Origin: an uncultured Clostridia bacterium
GTDB taxonomy: Bacteria; Bacillota; Thermosediminibacteria; Thermosediminibacterales; Tepidanaerobacteraceae
Reading direction: 5' to 3'
Assembly (NCBI GenBank): GCA_964389965.1
Contig: CAYMGK010000001.1
Span: 2,964-37,121, forward strand
Length of the DNA stretch: 34,158 nt
In this document: in pieces, positions 1-7,556 of the stretch
Layout: every line of letters begins with the position of its first letter
Position numbering within the stretch: position 1 is the first letter of the stretch
The notes under the pieces: model-generated
What the model saw: only the letters and a program-made list of their open reading frames with translations
What the model was told of the DNA's origin: nothing
The model's database searches: none
Program-made: the position numbers and the translations under genes

Positions 1-1
1 A

Positions 2-385
2 TTTAAAATTGTAAGAGTGAGAATAGCAAATGACGAACCTCTATTACTTGAAACAACCTATATCCCCGTCCACATATATCCTCAATTGAATCAATGGGAT
101 CTTAATAGAAAGTCCTTGTACTATATATTAAAAGTTGAAGGGGGAGTTTCCCTTGATTCCGCTATTGAAACATATGAACCCACAATTTTTGATAAAAACG
201 AGGCGGATTTATTAAAATGTAAGCATGGAACAACGGGGTTTTTCGTTGAGAGAATTGCATATACGGATATCAGGGAAGTATTTGAATATACCCAATCCAT
301 TATAAGGGGCGACAGGTGCAAGTTTAAAGTTACACTTAATAAAGATAGAGTAGGTTTTTCTAGGAGAATTCGGAATCTTGACTGA
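2..385 (+). CDS. GntR/HutC-family transcriptional regulator, C-terminal UTRA effector-binding domain (5' end outside window)
   Basis: The frame is open from base 2 (FKIVRVRIANDEPLLLETTYIP...GFFVERIAYTD...IIRGDRCKF). This resembles UTRA domains of HutC-type GntR regulators. The stop is at 383-385, immediately upstream of the kinase gene. Confidence 0.6.
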   Translation, partial: FKIVRVRIANDEPLLLETTYIPVHIYPQLNQWDLNRKSLYYILKVEGGVSLDSAIETYEPTIFDKNEADLLKCKHGTTGFFVERIAYTDIREVFEYTQSIIRGDRCKFKVTLNKDRVGFSRRIRNLD

Positions 386-418
386 CGACCTTTTGGTTTT
401 ATGCAAGGAGGCGCCTTC

Positions 419-1561
419 ATGGAAAAGGGTATACATAGATCCAATTTACTGGATACAGTGGAAAAAATGAAAGGACTAAGTCCAACTAATATTCATTCAA
501 CTATAGGATTCGATGGATTTATTGATGAAATACTCCATCTAGTTAACAAAAGGGAGAGTTTCGATAAATATTCTAGAATAAAATATATTAAAGATCTTGG
601 TGAAAGAGTGCTCAAGGCCTCTGGCCTGAGCACGAATATTGAAATGGTCCCAGTTCAAACAAAAATAGGTGGCAATGGACCAATAATGAGCAATGCATGT
701 GTTGAATTGGGATTTAAGGTTTCATGTATAGGGGCTTTTGGGTATCCCGATTTAAACCCGGTTTTCAATGATTTATCAAAAAAATGCCGTGTTTACACTA
801 TTTCCGATCCGGGGTACACAAATGCAATGGAATTCAATGATGGTAAGTTACTTCTAACTAAAAATCAGGTCTTCAATGAAATTACTTGGGAGAATTTAAA
901 GAAGAGGTTAGGAATAAAAAAACTCGCAAAGATAATTGGACAATCGGACCTTATAGGCATGGTGAACTGGACCATGATACCCCACATGACACATATTTGG
1001 GTGAAATTACAAAAACATGTTCTTCCCAAAACGGAACTTAATACGAAAAGGCCATTTGTTCTTGTAGATTTTGCCGATCCCGAAAAAAGAGAACGTAAGG
1101 ATATTCTAGAAGCTTTAGATGTTTTAAAAGGTTTTTCAGCATATTCCAAAGTTATTTTTGGCATGAATCTAAAAGAAGCCCACGAAATCATCAATGTGCT
1201 AGGATTATACAAGAATGATATACCCACGGATATAGATTTGGAAACACTGACTAGATTAATAGCAGAAAAAATGGGTATCTACTGTGTCCTTATACATCCG
1301 GTTGATCGTGCCGCTGCGGTAGTAGGCGGGAAATACTATGAAAGTCCCGGACCGTACACTCCAACTCCAATTTTGACTACTGGGGCCGGGGATAATTTTA
1401 ATGCTGGCTTTTGTCTAGGTCAAGTCCTAGGACTGACGATAAAACAGTCTTTAATAATAGGTAATGGGACTTCGGGCTTTTATGTGAGAAATGGGAGATC
1501 CCCTAATTATACGGAGTTAGTCGATTTTATAAAATATTGGTCCGAGTGTATTGACAAATAA
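419..1561 (+). CDS. PfkB/ribokinase-superfamily carbohydrate kinase
   Basis: The C-terminal motif PILTTGAGDNFNAGFCLG matches the PfkB (D)TxGAGD anion-hole signature. AAGGAGG at 405-411 lies 7 nt before ATG 419, so the ORF-track start at 401 is probably too early. Confidence 0.7.
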   Translation: MEKGIHRSNLLDTVEKMKGLSPTNIHSTIGFDGFIDEILHLVNKRESFDKYSRIKYIKDLGERVLKASGLSTNIEMVPVQTKIGGNGPIMSNACVELGFKVSCIGAFGYPDLNPVFNDLSKKCRVYTISDPGYTNAMEFNDGKLLLTKNQVFNEITWENLKKRLGIKKLAKIIGQSDLIGMVNWTMIPHMTHIWVKLQKHVLPKTELNTKRPFVLVDFADPEKRERKDILEALDVLKGFSAYSKVIFGMNLKEAHEIINVLGLYKNDIPTDIDLETLTRLIAEKMGIYCVLIHPVDRAAAVVGGKYYESPGPYTPTPILTTGAGDNFNAGFCLGQVLGLTIKQSLIIGNGTSGFYVRNGRSPNYTELVDFIKYWSECIDK

Positions 1562-1585
1562 TTTCATAAAAGGTGGATGCTTATA

Positions 1586-2647
1586 ATGAGCACAAATAGC
1601 AAAGAAATAACGGAAAATACTATTTTATGTCTTGTGTCGTTTATCGGAAATAGCTCAGGCTATAAACATATGGGTGAGTGCATGAAAGACGAGTCGATAA
1701 AACAAATCATTAGAAATACAGTGGATGAACTATGTAGTAGTGTGGAAACTGTGCGAGAACCGTGTCAGGACAATACTGATATTGCCCAATATATTGAAGA
1801 CTTAGGAAAAGGACAAAATATACAGAAAATATGCACTGAATGTTTGCACAGTCTTGGATCAAAGGGCGGTATTGTTGAAGCTACATTGAAGTATAGAAGC
1901 CAAGGGAAACTGCCCTATTATCTAGCTAAAGCCATTGCTCATGCTTTTCTGTTTCAAAATGATGAAGACGAGTTTTGTAAGGCTGTCCAGAATTATATAA
2001 AAAAATATGGCATATCGTCAGCTGTTAGAAAATATTGCAATCTTAGTAAAGAATGTGATTTGATCTACTTAATAACTCGCCACTACAATAGGTATTTGGC
2101 CGACAAAAGCATAAGTGAGGATTACCGTAAAGTTTCCATTATCAAAACCGCATATGAGGCAGGTTTTGCCGCTGAACGCAAATACCATGGATGTGCTCAA
2201 TGCACTTTATACGGCATGTATGGCATTACGGGGAAAGTAGATGAAGCTCTGTTCAGGGCCGCAAGTGGACTGTCAGGTGGTATAGCCCAATGTGGGGACG
2301 GCACATGTGGAGCCTATACTGGAGCTGCACTGTTCTTGGGAATGTTTGCGGGAAGAAGGCTAAAGTATTTTGATCATGACAAAGAAGAACAATACAGACT
2401 TGATGCTATCATTCAGAAAGTGCACGAGAGATTTATACAGACCTATGGGACAGTTATATGTAAAGAAGTACATAAAGCAATTTTTGGGCAGGCGTACGAT
2501 TTAAGGGATGATGAGGAGAAAGAGCAATTCAAAATTGCCGGTGGTCATGATGATAAATGTACTTCTGTTGTTGGGACTGCGGCAAGTTGGACCGCCGAAA
2601 TACTGCTTGAGGAAAAATTACTGGATCCTGGCGATTTTAAAATATAA
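1586..2647 (+). CDS. C_GCAxxG_C_C-family (putative redox-active) protein with an N-terminal extension of about 190 aa of unknown function
   Basis: The C-terminal half carries YHGCAQCTLYG ... GDGTCGAYTGAALFLG ... CKEV ... DKCTSVVG, typical of the C_GCAxxG_C_C family. AAGGTGG at 1570-1576 favours ATG 1586 over ATG 1577. Confidence 0.65.
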   Translation: MSTNSKEITENTILCLVSFIGNSSGYKHMGECMKDESIKQIIRNTVDELCSSVETVREPCQDNTDIAQYIEDLGKGQNIQKICTECLHSLGSKGGIVEATLKYRSQGKLPYYLAKAIAHAFLFQNDEDEFCKAVQNYIKKYGISSAVRKYCNLSKECDLIYLITRHYNRYLADKSISEDYRKVSIIKTAYEAGFAAERKYHGCAQCTLYGMYGITGKVDEALFRAASGLSGGIAQCGDGTCGAYTGAALFLGMFAGRRLKYFDHDKEEQYRLDAIIQKVHERFIQTYGTVICKEVHKAIFGQAYDLRDDEEKEQFKIAGGHDDKCTSVVGTAASWTAEILLEEKLLDPGDFKI

Positions 2648-2657
2648 CAGTGATTCC

Positions 2658-2796
2658 AGTGTGGAAACTCTTCCAAGGTAAAACTTATGTCAAAATGATT
2701 CTTTCAAGTAAGGCCGTCTTTATTCTTGGGATCAAGTCTTAGAATAATAAGTCTGGATTCAATGACTAGAATCACGAGTGTAATAATAAACAGGTG
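2658..2796 (+). repeat. Intergenic repeat element, copy A (paralogue of 20393-20566)
   Basis: The 83-nt core 2674-2756 aligns without gaps to 20409-20491 at about 80% identity by eye (66/83). The left flank (agtgtNgaaa) and right end (agtgtNaNaataaacNgg..gtg) are also shared. Confidence 0.6.
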
Positions 2797-2881
2797 TACT
2801 ACACTGGTGGCATATGACATTTACTGAGCTACATATGCAATGCTATCGGTGAAAAATATAATTAAGGGGGAATACAAACAA

Positions 2882-3964
2882 ATGAAAAGGCTTGTCTCGG
2901 TTTTGCTTATCACATGTTTAGCTATTACTTTACTTGTGGGCTGTGGTCAAAGTCCTACACCTTCAGATGAGGGTGAAGGCGAACCGGATGCACAGGAAGA
3001 AAAACAAATAACCATAGGGTTTTCTTTCCCAACGCTTCAGGAAGAAAGATGGCAGACTGAAAAGGACTTAGCTGAAGAGAAATCAAAAGAACTCGGTGCT
3101 AATTTCATCTATCAAGATGCAAATACCGATGCTACAACACAGAATTCTCAGATAGAAAATCTAATCACACAGGGAATCGATGTCTTAATAATAGGTGCGG
3201 CAGATACAAAAGCCGCAGCTACAGGTGTGGCGGCGGCACAAGAAGCAGGTATACCGGTAATAGCGTATTTGAGAATGGTGGATAGTGACAAACTCGATTG
3301 TTTTGTTGGATATGATTTTGTTAGAATTGGAGAAATTATGGCTGAAGCTGCTTTGGAAAGTGTGCCAAAGGGTAATTATGTTTTACTCAATGGAAGTGAG
3401 GCAGACAGTGTCGCACATCAATTAAGAGAAGGTTATCACAATATACTGGATGCAAAAGTAGATAGTGGTGACATCAATGTCATATTTGATCAATTTGTAT
3501 TAAATTGGGAACCTGCAAATGCAATGTCTGACATGGAAAACTGTCTAACTCAAAACAACAATGATGTGCAAGCTGTACTAGTAAATAATGATGGCATGGC
3601 AGGTGGTGCTATTCAGGCTCTAGGTGCACAGAATTTGATAGGAGAAGTTTTCGTTACTGGGATGGATGGTGATTTAGCCGCATGTCAAAGAATAGTAGAA
3701 GGGAAGCAGAACACAACTATAGTATTCCAGCATGACAAACTAATTGATGCTACCATGGAAGCGGCAATGGAACTAGCCCAAGGCAAACAACCGGCTGGTA
3801 TCAATGAGGAAGTTGAAAATGCCTTAACAATGGTCCCCGCTATATTGCTTGCTGCAGATTTAGTCCACAAGGATAATGTCAAAGAATTAATGATTGACAG
3901 CGGAATACACAAACTTGAAGATGTTTATAAAAATATACCTGAAGATCAATGGCCAGAAAACTAG
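2882..3964 (+). CDS. Sugar ABC transporter substrate-binding lipoprotein, XylF-like (CUT2 family)
   Basis: MKRLVSVLLITCLAITLLVGCGQ is a signal peptide with a lipobox. ITIGFSFPTLQEERWQTEKD...QNSQIENLITQGIDVLII...GIPVIAYLRMV closely parallels the E. coli D-xylose-binding protein. GGGGGA precedes ATG 2882. Confidence 0.85.
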   Translation: MKRLVSVLLITCLAITLLVGCGQSPTPSDEGEGEPDAQEEKQITIGFSFPTLQEERWQTEKDLAEEKSKELGANFIYQDANTDATTQNSQIENLITQGIDVLIIGAADTKAAATGVAAAQEAGIPVIAYLRMVDSDKLDCFVGYDFVRIGEIMAEAALESVPKGNYVLLNGSEADSVAHQLREGYHNILDAKVDSGDINVIFDQFVLNWEPANAMSDMENCLTQNNNDVQAVLVNNDGMAGGAIQALGAQNLIGEVFVTGMDGDLAACQRIVEGKQNTTIVFQHDKLIDATMEAAMELAQGKQPAGINEEVENALTMVPAILLAADLVHKDNVKELMIDSGIHKLEDVYKNIPEDQWPEN

Positions 3965-3979
3965 AATAAGTGGATCGAA

Positions 3980-4026
3980 GTTCATGTCTTGAGCATTGTT
4001 AGGGCTCAAGACATGGACCTTTTTTA
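3980..4026 (+). terminator. Intra-operon rho-independent terminator/attenuator after the binding-protein gene
   Basis: A 15-bp stem pairs 3980-3994 (gttcatgtcttgagc) with 4004-4018 (gctcaagacatggac), with one G-U pair. It is followed by c + tttttt at 4020-4025. The next gene starts at 4040. Confidence 0.6.
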
Positions 4027-4039
4027 AGGGGGCGGGATT

Positions 4040-5560
4040 GTGAATAATGAATATATACTAAAAATGAACGGAATAATAAAAGAATTTACGGGAGTTAGAG
4101 TACTTCACAATGTAAACTTTAAAGTTAAAAAAGGCGAAATTCATGCTATAGTTGGAGAAAATGGTGCGGGAAAATCTACTTTGATGAAAATATTAAGCGG
4201 TATATATCCATATGGACAGTATGAAGGGAGTATAATTTTAGAGGAAAGTGAAGTAAGATTTAACAGTGTAAAGTCATCGGAAGAGGCTGGCATTGAAATA
4301 ATACATCAGGAACTTGAATTAGTGCCCTATATGAGCGTGGGGGAAAATATTTTTCTGGGAAATGAACCTAAAAAGGGAATATTGATTGATTATAATGCAC
4401 TTAATAAAAGGTCTTTAGAAATCTTAAAAAGAGTTAATCTTCATGTTAAGCCCAATGTAATGATTCACAGTCTCGGTGTTGGAAAAAGGCAGCTTGTGGC
4501 TATTGCAAAAGCCCTTTCAAAAGAAGTGAAAATACTTATTCTTGATGAGCCTACCTCTGCACTGACAGAAGAGGAAACGGATAATCTTTTGAATATATTA
4601 AGAGAACTCAAAAGACAGGGTGTCACATGTATATACATTTCACATAAGCTTCAAGAGGTTTTAAAAATTGCAGATACTGTGACTGTCTTACGAGATGGTA
4701 GAAGCATTATAACAGAACCCGTAAAAGACATGACTGAAGATAAGATGATAAAATACATGGTTGGTAGAGAAATCACCAACAGATTTCCCAGAGAAGCCTG
4801 TGACATAGGTGATACCGTACTAAGTGTAAAAAACTTTTCAGTAATAGATCCGGAAACAAATGAAAAGATCATTGATGATATTAGCTTTGATGTAAGGAAA
4901 GGTGAGATACTAGGTGTCTCAGGTTTGATGGGGGCCGGTAGTACAGAACTTGTAATGAGTATTTTCGGAGCGGCACCGTATGTAACAAAAGGCGATATTT
5001 ATATTAATGGAGAAAAAGTTGAAATAAATTCACCCCTTGATGCCATCAAAATGGGTATTGGCCTTGTTACGGAAGATAGAAAGGATTATGGTCTTGTTCA
5101 ATGTCTAGACATTATCAAAAACACAACATTGTCAAGTCTTGATAATATTTCATCAAAAGGTATTATAAATAAGAATATGGAGATAAAAAAAGCATGTGAT
5201 TTTGTTGAAAGTCTTTCTATAAGAGCACCAAGTCTGGAATTGGAGGCAGAAAGATTAAGTGGAGGTAATCAGCAAAAGGTTGTACTTGCAAAGACGCTTA
5301 TGACTAATCCCAGTATACTTATCATGGATGAACCCACAAGAGGCATTGATGTAGGTGCAAAATATGAGATTTACATGATAATGAACAGGCTAATTCAAAA
5401 AGGTGTTGCAATAATCATGATTTCATCTGAATTACCCGAAATACTAGGTATGTCCGATAGGGTTATGGTAATAAATTGTGGTAAAAAAGCCGGTGAGCTT
5501 GACCGCGAAAATGCAGATCAGGAAACAATAATGACTTATGCTACATCGGAGGTTGTTTAA
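4040..5560 (+). CDS. Sugar ABC transporter ATP-binding protein with duplicated ATPase domains, XylG-like
   Basis: Walker A GENGAGKST, LSGGNQQK signature, ILILDEPT/LIMDEPT Walker B. The N-terminus ...GIYPYGQYEGSIILE...IIHQELELV...ENIFLGNE parallels XylG. GTG start with GGGGG upstream. Confidence 0.9.
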   Translation: MNNEYILKMNGIIKEFTGVRVLHNVNFKVKKGEIHAIVGENGAGKSTLMKILSGIYPYGQYEGSIILEESEVRFNSVKSSEEAGIEIIHQELELVPYMSVGENIFLGNEPKKGILIDYNALNKRSLEILKRVNLHVKPNVMIHSLGVGKRQLVAIAKALSKEVKILILDEPTSALTEEETDNLLNILRELKRQGVTCIYISHKLQEVLKIADTVTVLRDGRSIITEPVKDMTEDKMIKYMVGREITNRFPREACDIGDTVLSVKNFSVIDPETNEKIIDDISFDVRKGEILGVSGLMGAGSTELVMSIFGAAPYVTKGDIYINGEKVEINSPLDAIKMGIGLVTEDRKDYGLVQCLDIIKNTTLSSLDNISSKGIINKNMEIKKACDFVESLSIRAPSLELEAERLSGGNQQKVVLAKTLMTNPSILIMDEPTRGIDVGAKYEIYMIMNRLIQKGVAIIMISSELPEILGMSDRVMVINCGKKAGELDRENADQETIMTYATSEVV

Positions 5561-6730
5561 ATGGGATTACAAGAAAGTAAAATTGCTACAGAAAAAAAGG
5601 AAGGTTCCACGAATTTTAGATTTAATATTACTGCATATGCAATGGTTATAGCCTTAGCTGTGATTTGGATCATGTTTCAATTTTTGACAAAAGGGACGTT
5701 CTTATCAGTTAGAAACCTTTCAAATTTATTTAGACAGATGTCCATAACCGGTATCTTGGCAATAGGCATGGTTATGTGTATCATATCGGGTAATTTTGAC
5801 TTATCCGTGGGGTCTGTAGTCGGAATTACAGGTGCTTTGGCGGCTGTGGCTCAAACCCATTGGGACCTTGCCCCGTATTTATCAGTGCTAATTGTAATTT
5901 TAGTTGGAGTTGTTATTGGATTATGGCAGGGTTTTTGGATAGCATACAGAAATGTTCCGGCATTCATAGTGACACTTGGTGGTATGATGATATTTAGGGG
6001 GATGACTTTATGGGTAACAAAGGGCAACGCAATACCTATTTCCAATGAGGGTTTTATCTTTATAGGTCAACATTATCTACCGAAACTCTTAGGTTACCTT
6101 TTAGCAGTTGTCAGCATCGTTGCATACTTATATCTAGATATTAGAAATAAAAAAACGAGGATCAGTTATGGTTTTGATGTTCCCAGTGCCATCAGGTCTT
6201 TGCTAAATTACGCCATTGCAACTGTTTTGATAGGTGTATTTATTGTCATAATGAACCTATACCAAGGTGTTCCGATAACTGTGATAATACTTCTTTCCTT
6301 GTTTATGTTGTTTTCATTTATTTTAAGCAATACACAGTTTGGTCGTTATATATATGCTATTGGGGGCAATATCAATGCTGCAAAGATTTCTGGTATAAAT
6401 ACAAAAAGAATAACCTTATTAGTTTTCACATTGATGTCTGTATTAGCCTCTATATCAGGTTTAATACTTGCTGCTAGGCTTGCGGCGGCTACCCCCACAG
6501 CCGGTAATATGTATGAAATGGATGCAATTGCTTCATGTGTTATAGGCGGAGTGAGCCTAAAAGGTGGAAGAGGCACGGTTTTTGGGGCAATTGTCGGTGC
6601 ACTGGTAATGGCAAGTTTGAACAATGGCATGAGTCTTATGAATATAGCCTCATCAATACAGTATATGGTAAATGGCTTAGTACTCTTGATGGCAGTATGG
6701 TTTGATATATCAACTAATGTAGGAGAGTAA
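5561..6730 (+). CDS. Sugar ABC transporter permease, XylH-like
   Basis: Polytopic membrane protein with CUT2 permease motifs (FDLSVGS, IYAIGGN..AA..SGI, GGVSLKGGRGTV). The ATG directly abuts the ATPase stop codon (TAAATG). Confidence 0.85.
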   Translation: MGLQESKIATEKKEGSTNFRFNITAYAMVIALAVIWIMFQFLTKGTFLSVRNLSNLFRQMSITGILAIGMVMCIISGNFDLSVGSVVGITGALAAVAQTHWDLAPYLSVLIVILVGVVIGLWQGFWIAYRNVPAFIVTLGGMMIFRGMTLWVTKGNAIPISNEGFIFIGQHYLPKLLGYLLAVVSIVAYLYLDIRNKKTRISYGFDVPSAIRSLLNYAIATVLIGVFIVIMNLYQGVPITVIILLSLFMLFSFILSNTQFGRYIYAIGGNINAAKISGINTKRITLLVFTLMSVLASISGLILAARLAAATPTAGNMYEMDAIASCVIGGVSLKGGRGTVFGAIVGALVMASLNNGMSLMNIASSIQYMVNGLVLLMAVWFDISTNVGE

Positions 6731-6797
6731 AAGAATTATTTATATACAAAAGACCGGTAGATGGTTTTAAATATAGCATGTGAGGTGCAATGAACAT

Positions 6798-7556
6798 ATG
6801 AAAACCACGGATCCTAAAAAACGGGCCTTATTGGAAAGTTTTAAAAATGGCCTTATTGTTTCTTGTCAGGTACAAAAAGATGACCCGATTTATACAGAGG
6901 ATATTGTAGTTAAAATGGCTCAAGCTGCACAATGGGCTGGTGCAGTTGGAATCAGAGCCAATTCCCCGGAACAGATTAGCGCTATAAAAGCAGAAGTGGA
7001 TTTGCCTGTTATTGGGCTTTATAAAATATGGCATGAAGGCACTGATGTGTTTATAACCCCTACATTGGAAGCGGCAAAAGAAGTGTGGAAAGCGGGAGCG
7101 GAGGTAATAGCACTTGATTGCACTGAGCAAGTCACACACATGGGTACTAGGGCTTATGAATTACTGCCAATTGTGAAGGCAGAGATTCCAGAAGCAATTG
7201 TTTTCGCCGATGTTTCAAATTACGATGAGGGCAAAAGAGCTATTGACTTAGGTGCAGATATTGTTGCACCTACACTTTATGGATATACAAAAGAAACTGC
7301 ACATATTGAAAATCCCGATTTTAGGGAGTTTGCAAGAATGTGTAGGGATTTTAAAGAGCATGTGTATGTGATGATGGAGGGACATATTTACACCCCGGAA
7401 GATGCCATGAAATGCCTTTACTTAGGGGCTCATGCTGTAGTAGTAGGAAGTGCAATCACAAGGCCTCATTTAACTGCAAAGCGCTTTGTTGATTTGTTAA
7501 GTGGCTATCAGGAAAACTGGAGAGAAGCGGAAAGGAAAAGGCATATAAATGAGTAA
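6798..7556 (+). CDS. nanE: NanE-family (N-acylmannosamine-6-phosphate 2-epimerase-like) enzyme
   Basis: GLIVSCQVQKDDPIY...MAQAAQWAGAVGIRANSPEQISAIKAEVDLPVIGLYK...DVFITPT...GAEVIALDCT follows the NanE core. GAGGTG at 6782-6787 precedes ATG 6798. The 3' end overlaps the GRE start by 8 nt. Confidence 0.8.
   Translation: MKTTDPKKRALLESFKNGLIVSCQVQKDDPIYTEDIVVKMAQAAQWAGAVGIRANSPEQISAIKAEVDLPVIGLYKIWHEGTDVFITPTLEAAKEVWKAGAEVIALDCTEQVTHMGTRAYELLPIVKAEIPEAIVFADVSNYDEGKRAIDLGADIVAPTLYGYTKETAHIENPDFREFARMCRDFKEHVYVMMEGHIYTPEDAMKCLYLGAHAVVVGSAITRPHLTAKRFVDLLSGYQENWREAERKRHINE

Noticed and set aside
401-418. Upstream-extended start codons given by the ORF track: 401, 1577, 2840, 6780, 9825, 15435, 18082, 19151, 20564, 21335, 26929 and 32738.
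   Set aside because: In each case a downstream in-frame ATG or GTG has a properly spaced Shine-Dalgarno sequence and gives an N-terminus matching the family. The extended versions start inside or abut the RBS, or add non-homologous residues. 1577 and 9825 remain possible alternatives.
121-444. Antisense or out-of-frame ORFs of 60-125 aa listed in the ORF track inside larger genes. Examples are 121-444(-), 865-1227(-), 6828-7139(-), 8427-8717(-), 9877-10065(+), 12970-13347(+), 17139-17462(-), 20002-20346(-), 20692-20889(+), 21005-21304(-), 26913-27230(-), 31991-32362(-) and 33268-33564(-).
   Set aside because: Each is fully embedded in a longer ORF that has clear family motifs. Their translations are low-complexity or compositionally biased, none has a convincing RBS, and none resembles a known family.
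2659-2742. A 27-codon frame conserved in both repeat copies: GTG 2659-TAG 2742 (VWKLFQGKTYVKMILSSKAVFILGIKS) and GTG 20394-TAG 20477 (VLKSCQGKTYDKLCLSSNVVFILGLVS).
   Set aside because: Neither copy has a Shine-Dalgarno sequence upstream of the GTG. Only about 2 of 17 core substitutions are synonymous, so there is no sign of purifying selection on the peptide. The nucleotide similarity also continues beyond the stop codon. It is worth re-testing only if more copies are found.
2808-2824. Sigma-54-like sequence TGGCAT-N-...TTTAC upstream of the sugar-binding-protein gene, considered because rpoN is in the window.
   Set aside because: The -12 element lacks the conserved GC (TTTAC instead of TTGC at the correct spacing), and no enhancer-binding protein gene is nearby.
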